Of a DNA stretch of 64,000 bases, positions 26,607 through 35,679 are shown piece after piece. This DNA is from Rubripirellula sp. (GTDB lineage Bacteria > Planctomycetota > Planctomycetia > Pirellulales > Pirellulaceae), in assembly GCA_965216875.1 (NCBI GenBank), contig OZ244207.1, forward strand, positions 2,592,001 to 2,656,000, written 5' to 3'. A program made the position numbers and the translations under genes. The first letter of the stretch is position 1, and every line of letters begins with the position of its first letter. A model generated the notes under the pieces. The model had not been told where the DNA came from. It searched no databases and saw only the letters and a list, made by a program, of their open reading frames with translations.

Positions 26607-27389
26607 TCACTTCTTGCGGTTCTGGCGTGATTCAAACGCTGCCTGAACTTTCTGCAAGAACTCGGTGATCTGGTCGTGTACATCCGAAGTGGTCGAAACG
26701 ACAAGGATATCTTCAAACGCCGATGCCGTGCTAGGACCACCCGAGACGTCCCATGTATCGGGAACGACGCTTCGAATCATGACATCGACCAAGCGGTCCC
26801 CTTTTCCATCGAGATAGTCCGGCAGAGCGTAAGCCTTCAAGATCAGGTTTTGCTCCGAAGCTTCGATTGTCGTAATCTGCATCACCTCGTCCTTGACCAT
26901 GTAGGTCAAGTCGAGTTCTCGAAGCATCAACCGCAGCAAGCTACGAAGGGTGACTCCTTTCAGGTTGATGTTGACTGGGCTGTCCGCTGCGAGTCCAATT
27001 TCCTCAAGAGCTCGACGGTCAACCACCATCGGTATGTCGTGCTTTTCAGAAAGGAATTGGACCGCCTCCACGAGTGGCATATCGATTGCTTCGAGTCGGG
27101 TCGTCGCGCCCAGGGCCTCCTCAATACGCTTTTCGACACTCGAAGGTTTGCCCGTACCAACGACGACGGGCGTCACGGAACCCGCAGCGGCTGGCGGCTT
27201 GGCCGCCGCGCGGTTGATTGGTTTTGCAGCAGGAGCCCGATTTGCTGGTGGAGGCCCCGCGCCAAACGGATTCTGATTCGCAAAGGGGTCAGCCGGCGCG
27301 ACGTTTTGTGCGTGCACAGGAAACGAAAGCAATCCGGGCATTGCAAATGCCAAAGCCACGTAAAGAAGTCGAGTCGGCGATGTCCGCAT
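26607..27389 (-). CDS. secreted hypothetical protein with STN/secretin-N-like domains
   Basis: signal peptide, Pro/Ala linker, PL.EAV..L....IP, LRSLLRLML...LTY, PDTW...GG. Confidence 0.72.
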   Translation of the reverse strand: MRTSPTRLLYVALAFAMPGLLSFPVHAQNVAPADPFANQNPFGAGPPPANRAPAAKPINRAAAKPPAAAGSVTPVVVGTGKPSSVEKRIEEALGATTRLEAIDMPLVEAVQFLSEKHDIPMVVDRRALEEIGLAADSPVNINLKGVTLRSLLRLMLRELDLTYMVKDEVMQITTIEASEQNLILKAYALPDYLDGKGDRLVDVMIRSVVPDTWDVSGGPSTASAFEDILVVSTTSDVHDQITEFLQKVQAAFESRQNRKK

Positions 27390-27615
27390 GATCGATCTCA
27401 TTGAGCGAGAGGAGACTTGACGGCGGCGCGCGGAATTGCGCCGGACGAGACTTTCATCGTTACAGTTGCAGAACCGCCGTGCAAGTCGCTGATCCGGCGA
27501 ACGCGCCGAAATCAAGCCAGCAACAAATGCCGACCTTTTTCGAAAAAGCACGTGATGTGCCGCGGCTTGCGGCAATTGATTGTATGTACGCCAAAATGCA
27601 GGCAGCATGCGGCAC

Positions 27616-28149
27616 ATGGAAGACGAGCCCTCGGACCAACCTCGAATGAACCCAAGCGTCGTCCTGATCGAGAATCGTCGCTGGCTTTGGATCGTGGTCT
27701 ATTCGAGACTCCGCGATGCGACCGCCACCGAGGACGTGCTGCAAGAGGTGTCGGTGGCTGCCGTGCGGTGCGCAAAGGACTTTGCCGAGTCCGAGGCCAA
27801 ACGATGGCTCTACCAAGTCGCCATTCGCCAAACCATCCTCCTCCGCCGCAACCAAACACGTCACGAATCGAAACTTCGTTCGCTGGGTGAAATGCGGCAA
27901 GTAACCGATCCGGCGGGCTATTTGGACTGGCTTTGTGATGGCGAACGCAACGAGCAACTTCACCAGGCCATGCGCTACCTCAAGGCATCCGATCGCCAAG
28001 TGCTGCTTTTGAAGTACTGCGAGGACTATTCCTGCGCCGAGATCGCGGTCCATTTCGGCGTTACGGAAACAACCATCCAATCTCGATTGCTACGTGCACG
28101 CAGAAGACTTCGTGCCGTACTGATCAATGAATACGAATTCGAGGAGTGA
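27616..28149 (+). CDS. ECF RNA polymerase sigma factor
   Basis: region 2 (EDVLQEV, WLYQVA) and region 4 (YSCAEIA....TIQSRLLRAR); start uncertain (27616 or 27646). Confidence 0.9.
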   Translation: MEDEPSDQPRMNPSVVLIENRRWLWIVVYSRLRDATATEDVLQEVSVAAVRCAKDFAESEAKRWLYQVAIRQTILLRRNQTRHESKLRSLGEMRQVTDPAGYLDWLCDGERNEQLHQAMRYLKASDRQVLLLKYCEDYSCAEIAVHFGVTETTIQSRLLRARRRLRAVLINEYEFEE

Positions 28150-28154
28150 TCCTG

Positions 28155-28856
28155 ATGAGCCAATCACAAAACCCGGGCGGCGGCTTCGACACGGATCAGT
28201 TGATCGAACTGATGGCCGAAGGCGAACTCTCGTCGCCACAGCGGAATGAGTTGTTTCGCCGACTGGACGAACAACCCCAGCGATGGCGCAACCTCGCGAT
28301 CGCTTTCGCCGAAACACAGGCCCTTCGTTCTACCCTGCGTCGTTCGCGCCAACTCACCCCAGATAAGCCCAAGACCGAAACGGTCATCACCCAAAAGACG
28401 CGTCGGCCGCGAGTTGCTCAAATCGCCCTCGCCCTTGCCGGCATGCTCGCGGCGTTCTGGCTCGGGTTGGTTGTGAGTGGCGAACGTCCCGCCAACAACT
28501 TTCCTTCCACCGAAACGCAGATCGTCCAAACTGACCCAAACATCGACATCGACACCGCCGCGGTCCCCGCATTGCCATTGGATGAAACCTCATCAGGTTC
28601 CATCGTCGGGTACGTGAAATGGGACGGCGATCACGGTGTTCGACTCTCGCCGGTATTCAATGGCGAAATCGACGCCCAATGGCTCGAAGCCAACCCGCCC
28701 TCGGTCGATCAAAACATGCAACGGCACATGTCCCGCGCCGGGTGGCAGCTCCGGCCGCAACGTCGCTTTGTATCCGTCAAGCTCAACGGTGGTGGCGACT
28801 ACACGATCCCGATGGATGAAGTGCGTTATCGCTTCGTCGGCCGTCAAGTCTTTTGA
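28155..28856 (+). CDS. putative membrane-bound anti-sigma factor
   Basis: directly after the ECF gene; N-terminal helical domain (GELS...L...LD....WR..A.AF.E), one TM helix, periplasmic tail. Confidence 0.78.
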   Translation: MSQSQNPGGGFDTDQLIELMAEGELSSPQRNELFRRLDEQPQRWRNLAIAFAETQALRSTLRRSRQLTPDKPKTETVITQKTRRPRVAQIALALAGMLAAFWLGLVVSGERPANNFPSTETQIVQTDPNIDIDTAAVPALPLDETSSGSIVGYVKWDGDHGVRLSPVFNGEIDAQWLEANPPSVDQNMQRHMSRAGWQLRPQRRFVSVKLNGGGDYTIPMDEVRYRFVGRQVF

Positions 28857-28894
28857 AGATCCGCTCACTTCACTTAGTCACAAGAGGCAGCTAA

Positions 28895-29851
28895 ATGCTC
28901 TGTATTCGTTTTCGCAACCGCTTGTTCAGCGCTCTGGCACTCATCGCCAGCGCCCCTTGGTGTGGTTCGATCCACGCCCAGGACTCTGATACCGATGATG
29001 TGATTCAGTTTTCACATTCCTTCGTTCCGATCGAGATCCCCAATGACCAGCCGGTCAATGTCAGTTGGCACCTCTCAGCGAACAACAGGTGTTCCTCCTG
29101 CCATCAAGCGGGCGCCAGTGACTTTGCGTTTTCAAACCGACTGTTGATTCCAAATTCACAAGATGGATTCGTGCTCGGCCAGTACCGCGTGTCGCTGTTG
29201 CAAGATCCGATCCTGCGATCTCACCTCCGTCTTGGTGAAAAGCCCGCGCTGCTGATTCTCAGCGAATCGGCCGAAGACGAAAAACAACTCAAACGCGGCG
29301 ACATTGTGCTGACAATCAACGAAGTCGATGTCGATGCGTTGGGTGAAATACAAGCGCAAGTGGACGCCGATCAATCGGGCGATATCGACATCCATATCGT
29401 CCGTGAGGGCGAAGAGCTCGAATTGACGATCAACGCCATTGAGATTGCGCGGCCGCCCAAGCCCTATCGCATCGGCGTCCAAGTCGAACCTCCCAGCGAT
29501 GCTCTTCGCAGCCAGTTGCGACTCTACAATAACGAGGGCCTCTTGGTCACCGCGGTCGTCGACGAATCGGCCGCAGCCCAAGCAGGGATCGAAGAACACG
29601 ACATCCTGTTGCGGATTGCCGACCAACGCCTCTCCGACCTCGACGGATTGCGACTCGCTGTCAACCAAAGCGAAGGAAGCGAAGTCGAAGTGCGACTGAT
29701 GCGAGCAGGCAAAGAAATGAGCGTCGACGTCACGCCGCAACAGCAAGCAGAGCCCGAGGGCGGTTCGATTGAGAACTGCCCCGCCGCCGGTCGCTGGTTT
29801 GAAACCAACGGAATCACCATCGACGTGCCGGCATTCGAACCAGCACAGTAG
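28895..29851 (+). CDS. secreted double-PDZ protein with a CxxCH motif
   Basis: signal peptide; CSSCH at 29090-29104; two PDZ domains (LKRGDIVLTIN; SAAAQAGIEEHDILL); no protease domain seen. Confidence 0.82.
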   Translation: MLCIRFRNRLFSALALIASAPWCGSIHAQDSDTDDVIQFSHSFVPIEIPNDQPVNVSWHLSANNRCSSCHQAGASDFAFSNRLLIPNSQDGFVLGQYRVSLLQDPILRSHLRLGEKPALLILSESAEDEKQLKRGDIVLTINEVDVDALGEIQAQVDADQSGDIDIHIVREGEELELTINAIEIARPPKPYRIGVQVEPPSDALRSQLRLYNNEGLLVTAVVDESAAAQAGIEEHDILLRIADQRLSDLDGLRLAVNQSEGSEVEVRLMRAGKEMSVDVTPQQQAEPEGGSIENCPAAGRWFETNGITIDVPAFEPAQ

Positions 29852-29865
29852 GCACCCCATGCCTT

Positions 29866-29924
29866 GTGTAGGTCATGCTGTGCATGACACGTTCACAATG
29901 TGTCATGCACAGCATGACCTACAC
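29866..29924. repeat. perfect 25-bp inverted repeat formed by two GTAG-type REPs
   Basis: GTGTAGGTCATGCTGTGCATGACAC (29866-29890), 9-nt spacer, exact reverse complement (29900-29924); between convergent genes. Confidence 0.9.
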
Positions 29925-29931
29925 TCTGACT

Positions 29932-31311
29932 CTATTTCCCGATACAGAATCGGCCGAAAACGCGATCGAGAATGTCGTCGGTATAGACTTCACCGGTCAC
30001 CTCACCGAGTGCAGAAACAGCGGCACGAATTTCACTGGCAACCAATTCATGCCCCATTTGTTGCTCAGTCAAATCGATCGCTCGCCCGATTGCCGCCTCG
30101 GCCTGCTGCAACGATCCACGACAGCGTGCCGCCGTACCCGTCGCGCTCCCCGTCTCCTCGCAGAAATGGTCGTCAATGACCTTTTCGATTTCCTTGCGCA
30201 AGCCTTCGATACCTTGATTCGTCTGCGCGCTTGTGTGAATCCATGAATCGTCCGGCGCCAACTCAGGTGCCAGGTCGATCTTCGTGGCAACGAAAAGGTC
30301 GATCGATCGCCTCTGAGAGAGTGCTTGTTTGTCGTTTACAGCTCGTTCTCGCGTAACCCGAGCCGCCTCCGACCAATCGTCCCGGCTCGCGTCAACGCAC
30401 CAGAGCCGAATATCTGCCCGCGCGGAAACCTCTTCCGCTTGCTGCTGGGAGAGCTCACCGATCGCACCGTGCGCCTCCTCAATCCCAGCGGTGTCACAAA
30501 GCAATACTCGATGGGTTCCAACCGCAACTTCGGCGGTCACAGCGTCTCGCGTCGTGCCTGCCACATCCGCAACGATCGCAATCTCACGGCTCGCGAGGGC
30601 ATTGAGCAGATGGCTCTTCCCTGCGTTCGGTTGCCCACGCAGCGCAATCAAGAGCACACCTTGGTCGGCCGATCGAAGCTGCAATTGGTCTCGCGTTTGC
30701 GAGACGTGTTTTTGCACCTCGGCCAATCGGTCGACAAGCTGCGCATCACTAATGAACTCGATATCTTCGTCAACGAAATCAAGCCCCGCCTCCACGTCGG
30801 CTAACAGGTCAAGCATCTCGCTGCGAGCGGCCTCGAGCGGCTTGGAAAGATTACCCGCAAGTTGCTCGAGTGCTTCATCGAGTGCGCCGCGCGTATCGGC
30901 CTCAATCACTCCAAGCACCGCCTCGGCCTGCGTCAAATCAAGCTGACCGGCAAGAAAGGCTCGCATCGTGAACTCACCGGGGCGAGCAGCGCGAGCTCCA
31001 CACTCGGTCACCTTTTCGACGATCGCATTCAAGAGTGGAACCGAGCCATCGGTATGGATTTCCGCCGAGGGCTGGCCGGTATAGCTTCGTTTGGTTGGCC
31101 ACAACAAAACGTCGGCATCGATTAGCCCGAGCGGCGCGCCAACATCGAGCTCCCCCGTCAATCGACGAGCATTGGTGGCGTCCACGTCGACATCGATCCC
31201 CATCGCATTCAGCAGCCCAACGCAACCTGAGCCGCTAATCCGGACGATCCCACGAGGTGCCGGCGCCGCTGGCGAAGCGATCGCCACAATGGTGTCGTCC
31301 AGATCAAACAT
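29932..31311 (-). CDS. mnmE: tRNA modification GTPase
   Basis: DTIVAIAS, ARPGEFT.RAFL, GQPNAGKS, GTTRD, DTAG and C-terminal FCIGK. Confidence 0.96.
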   Translation of the reverse strand: MFDLDDTIVAIASPAAPAPRGIVRISGSGCVGLLNAMGIDVDVDATNARRLTGELDVGAPLGLIDADVLLWPTKRSYTGQPSAEIHTDGSVPLLNAIVEKVTECGARAARPGEFTMRAFLAGQLDLTQAEAVLGVIEADTRGALDEALEQLAGNLSKPLEAARSEMLDLLADVEAGLDFVDEDIEFISDAQLVDRLAEVQKHVSQTRDQLQLRSADQGVLLIALRGQPNAGKSHLLNALASREIAIVADVAGTTRDAVTAEVAVGTHRVLLCDTAGIEEAHGAIGELSQQQAEEVSARADIRLWCVDASRDDWSEAARVTRERAVNDKQALSQRRSIDLFVATKIDLAPELAPDDSWIHTSAQTNQGIEGLRKEIEKVIDDHFCEETGSATGTAARCRGSLQQAEAAIGRAIDLTEQQMGHELVASEIRAAVSALGEVTGEVYTDDILDRVFGRFCIGK

Positions 31312-31316
31312 GTGAC

Positions 31317-34025
31317 CTATTGAGCCAGCGAGATTCGGTCGATCTGAAGCGTGTTTTGAATCTCTTCCATCCGAGCAAGGACGTCGAGTGCGTCGGATGG
31401 CGAAATCAATTCTTCCAACAAGATCGCCGGTTCTTCGGGATAGTTTGGCGGGTAAACCAAGTTCACTGGAATGATCGAGCGGTCGACGCGTTTCAGATCG
31501 GTCGCGATCCGCGGTTCGCGAAGGGTGTCGTCGACCTTGACCAACTCAACATTCAACTCTTTCAACTTCTCAAGCACTTCTTCGTTCGAGAAGATTCGCT
31601 TCTTGTTTACTTGGCATGTTGGGCACCAATGAGCCGTGTAGTCGACCCACACCGGACGTTGCTGGTTTGCCAGGATGTGCTCCACTTTTCCAGGATTCCA
31701 CGCCTTCCATGCGAGGCCACCGGAGGTCTGCGACACCACCGGTGCACGCTCATTCGCCGCACCGTAGCACATCCAAGCGGCAACGACACAAATCAAAGCC
31801 GGCAGTGCATAGCCGCACGTTAGTCGCTTGAACCGCCGAATGTGCGGCATCGTCCAATTGCCGTAGTAATAGGCTGCAAGCCCGATCAAAACGAGGGCCA
31901 TTGCGAGCCATGAGAGACCAGATGCACCGGTTTGCCCACCGAATGATCGCATAAAGAATGCAACGACCGCGAACATCGCAAACGCCATCGTGACCTTAAA
32001 CGTCTCCATCCAAACACCAGGCTTGGGAAGCCGATTGATTAGAACAGGAAAGAAGCAAAGCAGGATGTAGGGGAACGAAATCCCAAGTGCGAAAACCGTG
32101 AACAGGAACATCGCCGTGCCAGCACTCTGCTGCAACGTGTAGCTCATCGCGGCACCCAAGAAGGGCCCCGAACAGGGAGTCGCGATCAACGTCGTCAGAA
32201 CGCCGGAAAGGAATGACGAGGTGTAGCCTTCTTTGCCTTGAAGATTGCCGCCAACTCGAGTCATCGACGTGCCAATTTCGAACACGCCTGCCATATTCAA
32301 ACCCAGCACGAACAACAATACGATCATCGCGCAAACGAAATAGGGATTCCCCATTTGCGCGCCCCAGTTGATGTCTTGCCCGAGCGAAAGTTTGACCAGC
32401 AAAATGATGCTCGCCAGGACCCACATCGACACCACGAGACCAGCGGTGAAGGCGATGCCGTGCAATCGGATCTTCGCCGGGTCGCTGCCCGCCTGCTTGA
32501 CGAACCCCATCACCTTCAACCCGAGCACTGGGAAGACACAGGGCATCAGATTCAAAAGCATGCCGCCGACAAAAGCACCAAACATGGCTGTCCAGAACGT
32601 CGTTTCGTTTCCTGAGCTTACGCCGCCGCTGCCAACGGGATTGGCCGCCATGTCATCGTAGGTCAGGTAGCGAACCTTCTCTTCCGCGTTGTACAGCTTG
32701 GCCATCTCGGCGATCAGCTCAGGCGAGTCGGCTCCAGCCTGTACGATCGGCGCGGCCGCTCCCGCAGCTTTGGGGATCGCCACCGCACTCGGTGGGTCGG
32801 AAGCGGGAGGTTCAAATGGCTTTTCGTTATCTGAGCTACGTGAAACGGGTGGCACCGATGCCTGGTCGGTCAATGTCGCCTGCTGTCCGCGATTGAGCTT
32901 GTCGACCCACTTTGCTTCTGCCGCCGCATCGAGCGCCTCGGCATACTTTGCCGAAGTCAGCTTGACCGTGCCGGGTGTGTTCACCGCAAGATTGGCGTCG
33001 ACCGTGACCTCGGCAACAAACTTGAGCGCCACTGGTCGCTGACAACTGTTGTCAGTGCAGGCTTGGTAGGCAATCAAACCCTCGAGTGTATGGACGCCGA
33101 CGGCCGCGTCTTTTGGAACGGAAACTGGCAACGTCCAAGTTACGGCGCCGTTGTGGTAGTGAATTGCCGGCAACCCCGGTGCGAGGACCTTTGTGATCAC
33201 CTTGCTTGGCGTGGTCGGCGCGCCAACAAGCAGGCCAGCCTTTTGAGTGACGACAAAGTTGGTAGACGATTCGGTGTCGTCAATCGCGCCGCGATAGACG
33301 TGATACGTCGCATCTGGCTTAGCGGTGAATTTCAACTCGATGTCGGCGCCGGGCTTGACGGTTCCAGGAACAACCTCGGCAAACCACTCGACGACATACT
33401 TTCCATCTCGGAACGGTTTGGCCTTGGGCGCTTCCGATTTTTTGGCAGCGACATCAACGTCACCGGAAACCTGAGCAACCAGCGTCTCATTCACCGGCAC
33501 GCAGGATCCGTTTGTCTTGCAAGACAAAGCGGCAACGTCAACCGAAATGGGACCTTTGAAGCCGTTTGGAATGGTGATAGGCGCCGACCAAACAACAACA
33601 TCCTCGTGCTCTTCAACCTTCAACCCGTCATAAACATCTGAGATGGAGGACTTCGGTTGCGAGTCAGGCTTGAAGGGGCCGGCAAGCTCGACGCCAGCGG
33701 TTGCGATCGAAAGCTTGGTCGGAAGGGGTCCGCCCGCAGCTTGAGTCACAGAATAGACGTGCCAGTTTGCACCTAGCCGTACCTCGACTTCGATCACGCC
33801 TGATTCAGAACCCGACACTCCGTATCGCGCTGACCACTCTGACGGCTTGGCTTCTTCGCCAAAACCGTTGAGCGAAAAGTCGGAGAAGATATCGCCAGCT
33901 CCGAAGTCTTGAGCTGTGGATGGGACTGCACCGATAGCGATCAATCCAGCGAAGATCGCATGGACCATCCATCGGTAGGCTTTTTCGGTAGCTCGCGGGG
34001 GAGCCGCTTTGCATGTGTTGGACAT
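31317..34025 (-). CDS. dsbD: DsbD/ScsB family thiol:disulfide interchange protein with two N-terminal Ig-like domains
   Basis: CKTNGSC and CTDNSC domains, LMPCVFP and ATPCSGP TM cysteines, C-terminal thioredoxin WCPTC; start uncertain. Confidence 0.88.
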   Translation of the reverse strand: MSNTCKAAPPRATEKAYRWMVHAIFAGLIAIGAVPSTAQDFGAGDIFSDFSLNGFGEEAKPSEWSARYGVSGSESGVIEVEVRLGANWHVYSVTQAAGGPLPTKLSIATAGVELAGPFKPDSQPKSSISDVYDGLKVEEHEDVVVWSAPITIPNGFKGPISVDVAALSCKTNGSCVPVNETLVAQVSGDVDVAAKKSEAPKAKPFRDGKYVVEWFAEVVPGTVKPGADIELKFTAKPDATYHVYRGAIDDTESSTNFVVTQKAGLLVGAPTTPSKVITKVLAPGLPAIHYHNGAVTWTLPVSVPKDAAVGVHTLEGLIAYQACTDNSCQRPVALKFVAEVTVDANLAVNTPGTVKLTSAKYAEALDAAAEAKWVDKLNRGQQATLTDQASVPPVSRSSDNEKPFEPPASDPPSAVAIPKAAGAAAPIVQAGADSPELIAEMAKLYNAEEKVRYLTYDDMAANPVGSGGVSSGNETTFWTAMFGAFVGGMLLNLMPCVFPVLGLKVMGFVKQAGSDPAKIRLHGIAFTAGLVVSMWVLASIILLVKLSLGQDINWGAQMGNPYFVCAMIVLLFVLGLNMAGVFEIGTSMTRVGGNLQGKEGYTSSFLSGVLTTLIATPCSGPFLGAAMSYTLQQSAGTAMFLFTVFALGISFPYILLCFFPVLINRLPKPGVWMETFKVTMAFAMFAVVAFFMRSFGGQTGASGLSWLAMALVLIGLAAYYYGNWTMPHIRRFKRLTCGYALPALICVVAAWMCYGAANERAPVVSQTSGGLAWKAWNPGKVEHILANQQRPVWVDYTAHWCPTCQVNKKRIFSNEEVLEKLKELNVELVKVDDTLREPRIATDLKRVDRSIIPVNLVYPPNYPEEPAILLEELISPSDALDVLARMEEIQNTLQIDRISLAQ

Positions 34026-34100
34026 CGTTATTCCGTCGCAGACGTTCTCACGCAAAAAATTCTAGTTGTGTGGGGAATTGCGGGTCAATGTTGCCGCATT

Positions 34101-35177
34101 TCACCCAATTTGCCTCGGCTCGCAGAATCGTAGCAATTCGGAGATTCGCGTCGCAACATCACGGGCGAGGCGGGGGTTTTCGCCTGGTGCGAGAGGAAAG
34201 CGGTTTCCATCCATGATCCAGACTGCCCAATTCGCCAAACTGATCCACCGCGTCGCTGTACTCAGTGCGATGGCAAGGCGAATGGTTTCTTCATGGTTCT
34301 TCGGACAGTTTTGGGTCCGCTCCAGAGGATTCTCTCCCTGTTTTGAGGATGGGGAATCTGCGTCGTTTTCCGCCAGGGCCGCCCACCAGATTTCGGGATC
34401 GCCACCCTGCTCGAAACTGCCGATCCATCGAGCAAGGTCAGTCAGGGGGGTATCGATTCGGATGGCGTCGTAGTCGATCACCCCAGAGACATTCCCCTCG
34501 TTAAAAAGAACGTGCTTGCGGTGGACATCTCGCAAGACGTACCGAGTCTCAACTGGCCGACTTCGAAAGGGTGCGAGCTGGTTGACGATCCATTCCGAAG
34601 CGACCGTCCAAGACTCAGCCAACCGTGTCCTCAAACGGACGAGCGATTCGTTGAGGCACGGGTCGCAAGGAGTCGAGGTCGGCCGGGCAAGCACTTCTGG
34701 CAAACGCTTTGACAACAGCTGTATGCGTTCCCATCGCGCGATCACCGCAGGCGCAACCTGGGTTTTGGTTCCAAGGATCGACGTTGCCTCATGAACCTGC
34801 CGGATCGCATCCACACCGCGGAGGATCGATTCACGACCGGCATCGACTGCCAAACACTCTCCGACGTGCCAACGCGCCACCTCCCAGTACTGACCATCGA
34901 ACGACTGAATCGATCGGTCGTCGGACGACCATAGCAATGGCGGAGCCAGTGCCCGACAAGATGTTGCGGCGGCGACCACGACTCGATGCACTTCACGAAT
35001 TCGGTCAAGCTTAGTGCCGCTCGGCCACGCGCGTAGCGCGAACATCTGGCCATCATCGCCTTGGCAGCGGAACACCGAGGCGCCGCTTAGCCCTCCGCCC
35101 ATCGCCGTGGCAGTCCGGATTCCGAATCGATCGCGAATCAGTCCAGTGAGCGCGGCAGGCAGTTGCGAATCAGTCAC
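34101..35177 (-). CDS. APH/choline-kinase-like phosphotransferase
   Basis: GGLSGASVF loop, LRDVHRKHVLF, GVIDYD and DLAR; overlaps the tsaE stop. Confidence 0.8.
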   Translation of the reverse strand: MTDSQLPAALTGLIRDRFGIRTATAMGGGLSGASVFRCQGDDGQMFALRAWPSGTKLDRIREVHRVVVAAATSCRALAPPLLWSSDDRSIQSFDGQYWEVARWHVGECLAVDAGRESILRGVDAIRQVHEATSILGTKTQVAPAVIARWERIQLLSKRLPEVLARPTSTPCDPCLNESLVRLRTRLAESWTVASEWIVNQLAPFRSRPVETRYVLRDVHRKHVLFNEGNVSGVIDYDAIRIDTPLTDLARWIGSFEQGGDPEIWWAALAENDADSPSSKQGENPLERTQNCPKNHEETIRLAIALSTATRWISLANWAVWIMDGNRFPLAPGENPRLARDVATRISELLRFCEPRQIG

Positions 35178-35679
35178 GGTTAATGCGTTGGGCGATCTTC
35201 TCGGCCACTTCCTGCATCGCCGGACTGTCGCTTCGAATCGTCACTTCGCGATCATCGCTGCCGGGAACACCACTGTCGGAAACCAGGGCGATGTCGATCC
35301 AAATCGTTGACTCGGGCATCGTGTCGACAACTCGGTCCGCCCATTCAACCAAGGTCCAAGCCGAACCATCTTCGAACAGTTCGTCGACCCCCAATTCAAT
35401 GAACTCGTCGTCATCGGCAACGCGATAAGCGTCCAGGTGGTGTAGCACGACTTTTCCCTGATACGTTTGCAACAGGGTGAAGGTCGGACTTGTGACGTCG
35501 GTGACATCGATCCCGGCCGCTTCCGCAACCTTTTGAACGAGGGTCGTTTTCCCGGCGCCGAGCGTTCCCGTCAGGCCGATCACGCTGCCTGGTGGGATCT
35601 CTTCGAGCATCACCGCAGCCAGTTGCGAGACGCGAGAAAGAGAGAGCTGCGAAATGGTCTGGGCGGACATGCGGTTCAA
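35170..35679 (-). CDS. tsaE: tRNA threonylcarbamoyladenosine biosynthesis ATPase
   Basis: GTLGAGKTT, VTSPTF, HLDAYR and VEWA motifs. Confidence 0.95.
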   Translation of the reverse strand: MNRMSAQTISQLSLSRVSQLAAVMLEEIPPGSVIGLTGTLGAGKTTLVQKVAEAAGIDVTDVTSPTFTLLQTYQGKVVLHHLDAYRVADDDEFIELGVDELFEDGSAWTLVEWADRVVDTMPESTIWIDIALVSDSGVPGSDDREVTIRSDSPAMQEVAEKIAQRINRD

